A stretch of 64,000 bases of DNA from Gekko japonicus (lineage: Eukaryota). Position 1 is the stretch's first letter. Each line of letters begins with the position of its first letter. Location: positions 1,226,036-1,290,035 of the forward strand of contig NW_015167069.1 of assembly GCF_001447785.1 (NCBI RefSeq), in the 5' to 3' direction. Made by a program: the position numbers and the translations under genes. Positions 1-11,100 of the stretch are shown piece by piece. The notes beneath the pieces are model-generated. The model did not search any database, was not told where the DNA came from, and saw only the letters and a program-made list of their open reading frames with translations.

Positions 1-1378
1 TCGTTAAGAGTTTTACCTCATGTTTATTGTCTATTACCATTTTTCTTGTTTCATCTAACTGAGTACAAACCTGTTGGACCAGGCTATCAATTTTTAATTG
101 CATCGGTTCTAACACTTTCTCAACCGTTGGATGCAGCACAGATTCCAACGCTGAGCCTAGAGCCTGTGGTAAGGCTGTGGCCATTGCTTCTTCTACCGCC
201 TGATTAACTGCTGCTTTGACTGTCTCTTGGATAAGAGTGTTTAATTCTTTTGTGTTTATCTGAACCACTCCTGTCTGCCCTGTCTGGCCCGAGATGGAGG
301 GTCTTCTTGTTCCACTAGCCATTTTGTTTTATATGTAAATGTGACCAGTATATCTTAAAGGAGTCCCTTCCTCCCTCTTCACCACAATATCATATAAATC
401 ATTTAGCAATCATCCTGTCAATTAGTTCAGACATTCAAGATAAAACCAATACAGTTCGAATATAGTCACCAATGTTCTTAAGCCACAACTGTTAGCCCCC
501 ACCGTATAATTTCCCAGAAAATTTATAAAGTCACTTTTGTAAGTTATTGGATTATTAAGTTCTTAGAAGTATTCCAAAGTATTCCAAAACGCCTGATTTA
601 ACAGCGAATAAGTTGAACTCCGGCTTTGGTATTTAGTCAGGCTGTCTCTAAAAGGGACCCGGTCTAGTTATTCCCAACAAAAATATTTGCCAGTAGTGCC
701 GTACTTTACAGGTTTGAAGGCTCCTGAATCATTCTGCTAGCACTCCCCTCTCCCGGCATGCGATTGTCACACTCACAAAATTGAGCTCTCCTAAGATGCA
801 GGCACGAAAAAAACACTCTTCCCGTCTTAAGTCAAATTCGGCTTCTGGTCTTTTAAAGTAAATACGGTCTTTCAGTCTCTTGATGTTAATTTGTCTTCGC
901 GCCTCCTCCTCAGTCGCCTCTGAAGCGGAAATGCACCCAGCCGCCCAAAGTTCGTTCTCCGCGTCTTCGGCTTGCTTTAAAGTTGCAGGTACCTTTTTTT
1001 TTTATGTCTTCAATGGTTCTCCACAGAGTCAAACTTTCAGTGGTTAAGTAAGTCTGGATTCAGTAAATTAAGTAAGTCTGGATTTAGCAGCTTTAGCAGC
1101 TTCCTTTTCTTTCAAGGGTCGTTTTCCGTCGGCTCCGACTTCGCTCCTTCGGAGCACTTCCTCGGGTCTGGATAACGGAGGTCGGGCATGTAGCAGTCCT
1201 ACGCCGCCGCTTAAGAACTGCCCTGCCCAGCCTTCCCTTCATGTGTCCCCTCTCCGGGGGTCACACAGGAGTGGGAGGAAACCCCCTCTAGCCCCCCAGA
1301 GTCGCCGAGGAAATCGGCGTTGGAGTGGGAGAACTTCACCGCTCAACCCCGCAGCGTCGCGCCATCGACCGGAAGTCC
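1..1378 (-). mobile_element. L1-clade LINE, 5' end (about 1.05 kb 5' UTR plus start of ORF1); continues off the left edge of the window
   Basis: The minus strand begins GGACTTCCGGTCGATGGCG (ETS-like and YY1-like motifs typical of non-mammalian L1 5' ends). The first ~500 bp are CpG-rich, and an open coiled-coil-like ORF follows. Confidence 0.75.
2..322 (-). CDS. L1 ORF1p N-terminus (partial, runs off window)
   Basis: ATG at 322 in a good context (aaacaaaATGG). 107 uninterrupted codons read MASGTRRPSISGQTGQTGVVQINTKELNTLIQETVKAAVNQAVEEAMATALPQ...DNKHEVKLLT, with a heptad-like pattern. It is absent from the ORF track because there is no stop inside the window. Confidence 0.65.
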   Translation of the reverse strand, partial: MASGTRRPSISGQTGQTGVVQINTKELNTLIQETVKAAVNQAVEEAMATALPQALGSALESVLHPTVEKVLEPMQLKIDSLVQQVCTQLDETRKMVIDNKHEVKLLT

Positions 1379-1917
1379 TGTTTTCATTGATCATTGAACA
1401 CTAACACTTCTCATTTTTTTCCATTATAGGGCAGGTCAAAGTATGGGAGCTTCACAATAAAGGGAAGTGTTTACATATCTTGTTCAGTGTTCATAGTATA
1501 TGAGATATGCAATCAAGTGGAAAGACTCACAGCATGGCCCTAATATTGTGGGTACATGCCTCCAAGACAAGTTTGATTTGTTATTCGGTCCAGTTATACT
1601 CAACACACATTGCTGATGGTGTCATTCAACCATCTGATCTCTTTGATTAGGTTCTATAGAGGATGCAAAATCTTCCTTTTGAAACAGGATGGTAAATTAC
1701 TTTTAATGCACAAGTTTTGTTGGATTGTACTATCATATTGATTGTTATATTGTCTGTCATGTTATTGTGTAGTCTTAACTATGGTTAAGTGGATTTTGTA
1801 TTATATTTTTGTGAATCTCCCTAGGTGCAGAAAAATGGGTTATACATTAGGTCAGTAATCAATAAATAAGTTGCATTGTATTCCCCTTCTGATTTCACTA
1901 ATGTGATAATATGGGGA

Positions 1918-2225
1918 TATAATATAGTAAAGTTCCAGGCATACCATAGTGAAATCAGCTCAAGTTTCTTGATTACATCAGAACTAAGTATACACTAGCC
2001 AGTCTGAGGCTGGCTTATATGTGTGTCCTCACTCACACCCAACACACCCCCAATTCCCATGATAGGCTGTATTTACAAGACCCAGTCTATAATAGGTCTA
2101 TATCAGGATCCAGGCGCCCTTATTGGTGTGCACTAGGATCCGCGGTGGCTATTGTTTTAGGGACCGAAGGTCTGCTCCACCACTTGGCCTGGTTAGCACC
2201 ACTGCAGCCATCTTAGTACATAACA
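1918..2225 (-). mobile_element. Solo LTR related to the Gypsy LTR at 51505
   Basis: Flanked by 5-bp direct repeat GGGGA (1913-1917, 2226-2230). It shares ordered blocks with the reverse complement of the young LTR (cacacc..aacacacccc, gataggct..atttaca, ctaggatcc, gcctggt.agc, agtacat.aca). Confidence 0.7.
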
Positions 2226-3511
2226 GGGGAGGTCACAAGAAAAAGAAGATCATATGATGATCATTACAGGTATATCTTACTATAAGATTACCATTACAGA
2301 TACATCTTATTATAAGATCAAGCAAGATCCACAGTTCAAGATCTAACAGAACAAGTTATGAACAAGGGGGCATCAGCTCCTGAATATGAGAGCCAGTTTG
2401 TAAATTCCATTGAAGCTCAAATATATGATGGTGTTCCACTAGTATTTGCAACAGTAAACATAACATACCAGAAGCTTAGTATCTTCAAACATGCAACAAA
2501 CACATGCCAGATAGCTACAGTTTATCATGCCTCCAACACATTCCCACAGATACCTTATGATGTATACCTTCTCATTACAAATAATATGTTTACTGGAGTT
2601 AGCAACAGTGGAACACTGGTGTACTTTGAAGAGTAGTTAAAGGGTGAAGAGCCCTCAGGTTAGTTTATAAACATAGCTTAGGAAGAGGTTTACATGCCAG
2701 TCAATAATACATCCCATCTGAAAATAGCAATGGGTGATCCCAATTGTGAAACAAAGTTGTGTTTAAGGGTGGGAACTGAGGCATAGGAGGAGGTGATGGT
2801 GGCCGTCTTTATTTGGTCAGTACTATTGATCTACAAAAGCAGATATTCGGAAGAACATAATGCTTTAGGATTTTGCTGTGTTCTCAACTTGCTTCTACCC
2901 AACTGGAGACTAACTATTTATTAGACATGTGATGGAGTAGCACAGTTTCAGAGTTCCACCTTTGATTGGCAATCAGCCATCCCAGGCTTACCCTTTGGCC
3001 TGCTCAGAAATATTTGACATCATAAAACCTCACAGCCAGAATGACAGGTCCATCTAAGTGTTAGCACGAGGGTCATCACTCTTGTGCCTGACCATTTGAT
3101 GGGATATTAAGGATGTGTCCTGTGTAAGGAAAGTGCCCAGAGGCAATACCTTAGGCCAGTTTTGATGTTTTTGATGTTGTGAGCTTCCGGGATCTCTTTT
3201 CCCTTCTGGTTGTTACATCTGACACATCTTGCAAATATTGTGCTGGACTTTCAGTTACCATATTAGTTGGCAGCTATTGCCAGCAGGAACATTAAGGCTG
3301 AACATTGATCACATTGTGCACCTCACTCATTGCTCTCTCCACTTGACATGGTTGCTGCTTGAAACATACCAGTCAATATATCAAGAATTAACCGGGGGGG
3401 GGGGCAGATTTCTTCTTTTCTGTTCCTTTATTGTAGGTTCAGTCTGCCTTGCATTCAGATCCTGAACTGCAATTCAAATAAGAGAATTTGTGAAATTAAT
3501 TCTGCAGCTGG

Positions 3512-3512
<1 letters not shown>

Positions 3513-3543
<31 letters not shown>
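3513..3543. repeat. (CA)n microsatellite
   Basis: Direct read. Confidence 0.95.
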
Positions 3544-3546
<3 letters not shown>

Positions 3547-3615
3547 TGTGCCAGAGCATTCAGTTCCTTTAATTTTTTCCTTTATTACCCCCTGCTAGGA
3601 ATTACTGATGCTCAC

Positions 3616-3743
3616 AGATTCAGGTGAGTAGCTGTGTTGATCTGAAGCAATAGACCAAAGTTTGAATCCAGTGGCACCTTTAAGACCAACAATGTTTAGT
3701 TCTGGGCATAAGCTTTTGTGTGCATGCACCCTTCATTAGATAC
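3616..3743 (-). mobile_element. Penelope-like element terminal (pLTR) remnant with degenerate minimal hammerhead
   Basis: Minus strand reads tatctaatgaagggtgcatgcacacaaaagcttatgcc...ttggtcttaaaggtgccactgg...aacacagctac. This matches the recalled reptilian Penelope/Neptune terminal pattern CTGANGA-stem-CGAAAgctta...aaggtgccac. Confidence 0.65.
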
Positions 3744-4273
3744 CTTTGATGGACCAAGGGTGTCTGATTCAGTATAAGGCAGTTTCATGTGATTTACATT
3801 CCAGTCATGAATGTGCATTGAAAAAATGCTGCAAAAAAAGGAGTTTGGGTGAAAATGTACATACAATTGTATCTAGATTTGTTGTATACATATTTTACCA
3901 GTGTACAGGAGCTAGGGGTTTATGAATTGCCTCTTTTCATTTCTTTTTGTGTTTATATGTTACCATTGTGAATCCTTTTGTTTTAAACATTTTTTACTCG
4001 TGTTCCTGGTTCATTTATTCCTTTACACTTTTACACCATGTAAGCATCATTATGGGTTAGATCCAACTACCTTTTCCGTTGGTGGGAAAAGAAGGAGATG
4101 TCCACTTTGACCACTCAAAGAGGCTTTGCTGAGAATCATGGGATCTACAGATACAAAAGCCATGTGGGATAGGAGTTGTAGTGTGGAAGGGAATTTGATG
4201 AGATTGAATGGAAAATGTGGCTATATCCAACCCTACATTTTTACACCATTTTCATACAATTCATATACTCACA

Positions 4274-4449
4274 CAAACACATGAAGCTACATTATACTGA
4301 ATCAGACCACTGGTCCATCAGGGTCAGTATAGTGTACTCAGACTGGCAAAGGCTCCCCACCACCTACTACCTGATCCTGTTAACTGGTGATGCCGGGGAT
4401 TGAACTGGGACCTTGCCAAGCAGATGCTATAACACTGAGCCACAGCTCC
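4274..4449 (-). mobile_element. tRNA-derived SINE (Squam3-like)
   Basis: Minus strand has a tRNA-like head (gtggctcagtg...ggtcccagttcaatccccggcatc) and a tail ...gagtacactatactgaccctgatggacca...ctgattcagtataatgtagcttcatgtgtt. Similar copies lie at 12948, 15815, 23835, 28828 and 47300. Confidence 0.75.
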
Positions 4450-5237
4450 TATATATATGCAATTCATAGTTTAAAAGACATGCATTTTAACTGCAATGCA
4501 CCCATTATTATTTTTTCAGTTTGGTCGGGGGGGGGGAAGAGTGGTGTTCCATCCCAAGTAGGGAGGACCCAAGTCTGACAATAGCATTTGTTTAACTGAA
4601 ACAAATTGTTCATGGAATACCATTAAGGAGCATGTTTGAGTAACAGCAAAACATTACACAGAAAGAATCTTGATACAATCATATGAGTGTTCATATCAAG
4701 AATTTGTTTTGTAATGCTTTATCAGTGCATTCATGGTCCTTTGTATCATAGAGGAGAGAGAAGAAGGAAACAGATTGGAAGAAGTGCCACAAATGGCATG
4801 TGTCCCAATTCAGGAACTCATTTCTTTTTTAAAAAATCCCCATTAAATTAAAATTAAAGAGGACAAATGCAGCATAGAATGAGCTTTTAGAACAATGAAG
4901 GAATGGAACTATGGAAATCCACTCATCGCTAGTGGCAAGCATAGCTGCAAAGAGTCAGCTGATTGACAAAGTGTATTTGGAAGCTTTCTCTCTACATGGA
5001 GGCAGTGTAGTCAAGCTGTGGACTGTCTGCGAGCCATACACCAGAATTGAGGGATAATGATGATTCAGCACTACCTTCTGACAATGACTTATTCTTCATA
5101 GCACTGGTACCTAATGAGATGTATGTAGCTTTGGTCCTTGCACCAGCAGGGGACCATGAAAATGCTGCTATTTCCCTAAGGCCACATAGGCAGGTTCAGA
5201 GTTTGGGTCCTTTCCAGGATGCCTTATAGGCCTTATT

Positions 5238-5500
5238 GCCAGTTTGGTGTAGTGGTTAAGAGCGGCAGACTCTAATCTTGAGAACCAGGTTTGATTTCCT
5301 GCTCCTCTACATGCAGCTGCTGGGTGACCATGGGCCAGTCACAGTTCTCTCAGAGCTGTTCTGGAAAGAGCAGTTCTTGAAAGAGTTATCTCAGTCCCAC
5401 CTACTTCACAGGATGTCTATTGTGGGGATAGGAAGGGAAAGGAGATTGTAAGCTGCTCTGAGACTCCAACTGAAGGGTGGGGTACAAAGTCCAATCTCTT
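5238..5500 (+). mobile_element. tRNA-derived SINE (MIR/CORE-like squamate family)
   Basis: Begins gccagtttggtgtagtggttaagag (A box), then ggtttgatt (B-box-like) and gggtgacc.tgggccagtcac. It ends in a (TCC)n tail; a second copy is at 13151. Confidence 0.75.
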
Positions 5501-5536
5501 CCTCCTCCTCCTCCTCCTCCTCCTCCTCCTCCTCCT
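5500..5536. repeat. (TCC)n microsatellite, SINE tail
   Basis: Direct read; it explains the poly-Gly ORF 5401..5604. Confidence 0.95.
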
Positions 5537-6473
5537 TCTTCCAAGCCAGCAATAATAGTTAGACATGTTAATGGGCAGCATGTACAATCTGTGTCATATT
5601 TCAAACCCTTAGGATGGGGACCTGTAAATCATCAAGCAAGAACGTAGATAAACTGAGCAAATATTTACCAAGGGATTTATACATATAACCCTGTCATCAC
5701 TTTCACACTGTGTGGGACCCAGTTTATAAATCATTTAACATCTATTTGCATGTCTCATAAATACATTTTGTTTGCCTGCAATTTATCACAGAATGCTATA
5801 AACATACCACAAATATCTGTAAGGGTTTTTTTGTCAGTTGATGCAATAATTAGTACAGTTAATAAATCTCCAGATTGTCTGATGTAGCTAACAGCTGCAT
5901 TAGGAATCTTCTTTCACATTTGAACTTGTCCACAGAACAGCCACAGATGAGCTGCCCATTAGAATCATCCATCATTGCCATGCCAGCATGTCCGTGGAAC
6001 AGAGCAGTGAAACAGATCTGTCATAAGGGAAGAACCAAAGGTCCCTATTCAGGGTGACAATGGCTACAGACAAGCAGATTTCTCTCCTTCTGTTCATTTA
6101 GAACTCCACGGGTTCACTAAGCTCCATTTTTATCCCATCCAGTTTAACTTGAAGAATTTATGAACTTAATTCCAACACTGGCTCATGTACAGATTGTTAC
6201 CACTTTTTAATTTTTTTTTCTTGAGGTTTCAGAGTGCACCATGCCCCCCACCCCATGGGGCCAAGCTGACCCTCACTCAGCAAAACATTCTGAAGGTGCC
6301 CCATCACAAAGGTTCAAGAGCAATAGCTTCAAATCTCCCCTCCTCCACATTATTGCTCACTGATAAAACATTGCAAAAAAGCTATTACAGCATGGTTGTA
6401 TGAGTTATTACATCAAGACTCTTTTTGTGTAGTGTTTTACTGTTGTGATCAGGTGCTCCTGTCTGGTGAAATA

Positions 6474-6478
6474 ATCTA

Positions 6479-6518
<40 letters not shown>

Positions 6519-6528
6519 CCTATCTATC
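6474..6528. repeat. (TCTG)n/(TCTA)n microsatellite
   Basis: Direct read. Confidence 0.9.
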
Positions 6529-8169
6529 TAATTTCTGCACCCCAAAAGAGTTCCTGGGGCTGCTATGTCCCATTCTGGATCGGGACCTCTCAGCAATTAA
6601 AACAACAACAACCCACAACTGCTTCTAAAATGGCATTGACGGCTATGGGATGGACCTCTGGCCACTGTCACATTTAGTTTGGCTCTTGCAAACTCTCCTA
6701 CGTATATTTACTTGTTATTATTAACTAAACTAGAATTAAGACGGGATCACACTCAGTGCAAAGCAAATTCCTGAGACAAGAAAATAATGGAACAGTTTGC
6801 AAACCAGGGTCTGCCATATGCACTGCAATCCTAAACAGAGTGTAACTCTGCTCTTAGGGATAGGCATGAACTGGGAAAATATGATTTGGTTCATGGTTCA
6901 TGGTGTCTGCAGTTTGCAAACCACAGACTGTTGTGAACTTTTTTGCTCTAGACTAACTGGTTCAGTTTGTGAAGTTCATGATGCAGTAGAATGCACCCTC
7001 CCTGGCATGCTAGATATACCAAACACATAGGGGATCTCCAGCTGATTCTCCTCTACCAGCACCCCAAAGAAGGTGCCTCCAGGAAAGTGATTTTTGGGGA
7101 AATGAGAGGTGCAGGTTCAGGAAGTTCAGGAGTGCAGATCTCTGGATGACTCTTCTCTATCTGCCCTCCAAGTTTGGTAAGAATTGTCTTTATGGGACCT
7201 GAGTTACAGCCCCTCAAAGAAGGTGCCCCATCCTCCATTGTTTCCAATGGACTAAGGTCAAACTAGAGAATCTCTCAGTAGAAACTGAAGGTGGGGGTCA
7301 TTTTTGCAAGCCCAGCAGAAACAGTGTCACTGTGGCACTGAAAACCCAATATGACTAATTTCAAACCAGGAAACTGTTTTTTGGGGAAATGTCAGACACA
7401 GGCTCAAAAGTGTATAGAATAGACCCCCTGCAACCTACACACATCAAACACACAGGGAACCTCACCCTGCTGCCTGATCCTCTACAATTTCTCCAAGTTG
7501 GGGGTGGATTACATTTCTGGGGTTATAAACCCCTCAAAAAGGTCTCCCCAGTGCTGTCTCTGGAAAACACAGCTGCAGTTACAGGAGTCTATGGAATGGC
7601 TCAGGAACAAACCAGTGACACCAAACTCACAGGGGTATTTGACCTGGGCAGCCCCCCCCCACCAGACACTGGAAGCAATGCAAGCATCCTGCCTACTGTC
7701 TCAGCCCCCCCAAGTTTCCAAAGGCAGGTTATGAAGGACAAAAAGGTAGACATCCTCAGAGTTTCTACAGGGGCTCCCCAAAGTTTGCCCATGATAGCTT
7801 GGTGGGCATGCCAGGCCCACCAGACCAGCAGAAATCAGACTTTTCCACTTAAAGTGATTAGTGATGCCAGCCATGACAGAAGGGCAGACATCTGACAGGG
7901 GCTTCCCATAGTAATTCCATGGCAGCTTGGCAGGCAGGGCACCCAACTCAACCAGACCAGGAAATCAGAGTTTTCCATTTAAAGGGATCATGAGGTAGGT
8001 GTTGTGCTATGAGGCAGATGTTGTTTCATGAGGTAGGTGTTGGGTGAGGGAGCCCACCCCCACCCAGCATAGGCAGCCATCCTCCCACCTGAGTGCCAAG
8101 GATGCAGCCTGGCAGGCTGGATCACGCAGAGAGGAGGGGGAATGAGGGGCATGAAGGGGACAACAGGAG

Positions 8170-10230
8170 TTCGCGGGAGGGGTAGCCCAGCAAGGGGAGG
8201 TTAACATTGAGGAAGGCATCCTCCCAGGCCGGGACCTAGAGTGATCAGTGGGGGATGAGAATGTCCCCCAGGTGGAAGAACAGCTGCTCACCCTGGACAC
8301 AGGTGGGAAGACAGGAAACTCATGACCATGCTAAGGAGGTTGGACCAGATGGCAGCCTTGCATAACAAGTACTCCGGGGGATTGGTGGAGGCGGGCTCAG
8401 GGGATTCGGTGAGATATTCCCTCACCATCACCTCTGCCTGTTCCTCTGGCATTGCACACCTGGCTGCCCCGCTGCTGCTGACCACCCAGTTCACCCCTGA
8501 CAGCCAGTAGTGAGGCTTCTTCCTGGATGGGCTCTTTGAGGCAGAGGTGCTGGGCTGCAGCTCCTCCTCCTCCCCTCCAGCCTCTTCCACACGCTGTTCC
8601 CTCTGGCCACATCTGCTGGCCTGTAGCCTCCATACTTATTTGCAGAGCTCATGCTTCCATTGCACAAGCTCTGCATTCTGGAGAGCAATGCTGCCTTTTA
8701 TCCAGGGGTCACATATACAGGCCAGCCTGTACTCCCCTTCCTTAAAGAGAGGATGCAACCTGGTGGTGATGCCCACCCACAACCTCTCCACAAAGGCCCA
8801 TGGTAGAATAGGAATCCCCTTAGGGCCTGGCTGCAGTGTGGAGGCCAGTGCCCAGACCAGAGCCTGGTCCAGCCCTCAAATCAGGGGGATAACTTGCCCC
8901 AGGCTGGTCATATAGGCACAGAGCACATTGGTGGTGTCCTGGAAGGGCTTGAGGACATGCACTATTTGGGACAGGGTCAGCCAGTCATTGGAAATGATGC
9001 TGAGCACCTCTTCCCCATGCAGGATAGCCATGGGGGAGAGGACATACTGCACCTCACTCTTCTGCTCCACCAAACACACAGTCATGGCTTAGGTGGAGTT
9101 CCAGTGGGTGTGCATGTCCAGGATAAGCCAGTGTTCAGGCTCCTCCCCCACCCCCTGTGTCTTGCGCAGCAGACAGGTAGACTTGATGCTGCTTGAGAAG
9201 TGGGCAGCCAGGTGCCAGCAGGTCTCCAGCAAGGCCCACATCTCAAGGGTGGCAGTGTCCCAGGTGGCCCTGACAGTGCTCCCCAGCTCCAGAGCATCCT
9301 TCACCACCAGGTGAAGAATGCGTGCCAGGCAGGAAATGCCCTTAAAATACACAGCCTTCACTGCTGCTAGCATGTTGGCACCAGCATCCATGACCATGCA
9401 GTCATGGACGATGTTGTCACTGCCCACCGGCTCCCTCAGGCTACTCTGTATCACAGCAGCAATGTTTTGTGCCATGTGGTCTGCATCCATTCCCTGCACA
9501 TAGAGCAGAACCACTATGTAGCCAGGTGGCAGGACAGTCCCTCCTGGAGCCTGGGCCATGCCCCAACAGTCCAGAAAATAGAGGTCCTCTGGTTGCCGCC
9601 AGTGAGAGGTGAGGGAGAGTTCGCCATGCTGCTAGTAGCTCCAGAGGTCTGCCATGAAGTGCATGGTTTTGCCTTGTGCTCTGGAGAGCTCACCCTTAAC
9701 CATCACCACTGCAGAGCGGTGCATGGCAGGCACGATTCGTTGGCTCACAGTCCTCTGTGAGGGCACAGAGTACCAGGGAGATAAGTGTTGCAGTAACCAG
9801 CAAAAGGCTCCACACTCCACGAGGGAGAACAGTCGGCCATCCACAGCAATCATCTCAGCCATGAGTCAAGTGACTGCTTCCTGGGCCCTCCATGTAGCCA
9901 TTCTGGATGGCACTGTCAGCATCCCTGTGGGAATGACCTCTTGCAGGGCGGTCTTGCCTTAATGTCACACCCACGGTGACCTGAGTGCAGGGAGCCTTTC
10001 TTGGAGGGGCCTCTTGTTCCCCCTCCACTTTTCTCTGCTGAAAGGGAGTGTGCTTCTTCTTCCCACTGGCCACCACTCATTCCCCCAGCAGCAACATACC
10101 GGGATGCACCCTTTGCAGATGCCTGCAAAGATAAGTATTTGGGTTTTGTGCCCCTCCATATGTGGGTGTAGCACACCTGGCACTCCGCCACATGGGTCAG
10201 TGGGGAGGGGGTGGGAAAGTTTCCAAAGAG
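8170..10230 (-). pseudogene. hAT (ZBED1/ZBED4-like) transposase pseudogene, frameshifted
   Basis: Motifs occur in order across frames: BED finger (W..F..AECQVC), IAVDGRLFSLVE..F..LL..PS, HFMADLWS, DAGANMLAAV..ISCLARILHLVVKDAL, LILDMHTHWNST, DWLTLSQIVHVLKPFQDTT, and hATC dimerisation SCLPTCVQGEQLF. Confidence 0.85.
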
Positions 10231-10699
10231 GGGGGGGGTGGAAATGATGCCTCAGGACTGGAGAGGGTGGGAGGAGGGACAGCTGTTTTCTGGCATTGGA
10301 CTGGGAGAGGCCATGGAGTGATGTACTGGAAGCAGGAGCAGCAACAGGGAGTTCTGTGGAAAGGGGAGGATGCTTCATCCCTATGAATCTCTGCTGTCAG
10401 AGACTTTCTCAAAGAGTGTTACCAGCTGCTGGCCATTGAGCAGTGCTAACAACTCTTTGTCCTCTTTGGAGAGCACCAGGAACAATTCAGGGGAAAGAGG
10501 CTCTTAGACCTCTGGCGATGCCTTACTAGGGGTGGGCTCCAATTGGCTGGAAGGATGGGTTTGGTGCCTGGGGACAGGGACATGTGGTACACAGGAGTGG
10601 AGGATGTCTTCCCTCTATGATGGGACCCTTTACACCTACTGTCACCCACATGGAACAGAGGGGTTAGTTCACAATCAGGAAGGGTGGGAAGGTATAAAA

Positions 10700-11100
10700 T
10701 ATTGGTTCTCAGCTGAGGAATTCAGTAGCTAGACTCCTCTGCTCAATGTGAGCAGAGAGATGGGGTGGCTCAGAGCCCTGAGTCCACCTAAGACCCCAAA
10801 CATCAGCAGAGGAGGTTTCTCAATCTCTCAATCTCTCTCTCAATCTCTCCATCACAATGTGGGCACCTGAGGAGCCCACTTACTAACCCACTCTGCTCCA
10901 TGTGAGCAGAGATGGGGTGGCTCAGATCCCTGAGTCCACCTAAGACCCCCAAATCTCAGCAGGGGAGAGGAATCACAATCAAAATGTGGGTCTTCAGCTG
11001 AGGAACCCATTAGCTAAGCTCCTCTGCTCGGCATGAGCAGAGAGACAGGGTGGCTCAGATCCCTGAGTCCACCTAACACCAAAACCCCAGCAGGAGAGAG
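10700..11100. repeat. Three ~150-bp tandem units inside the hAT element
   Basis: The unit ctctgctc..tgtgagcagaga..ggggtggctcaga.ccctgagtccacctaa.acc recurs at about 10737, 10891 and 11021. Confidence 0.85.

Noticed and set aside
2400-3470. Possible ancient L1 ORF1/endonuclease remnant on the minus strand
   Set aside because: Only faint motif hints, not enough to call
4380-4449. tRNA genes at SINE heads
   Set aside because: Degenerate cloverleafs attached to SINE bodies
8170-10230. Domesticated ZBED gene
   Set aside because: Multiple frameshifts and stops, with TIRs still flanking it, indicate a dead transposon
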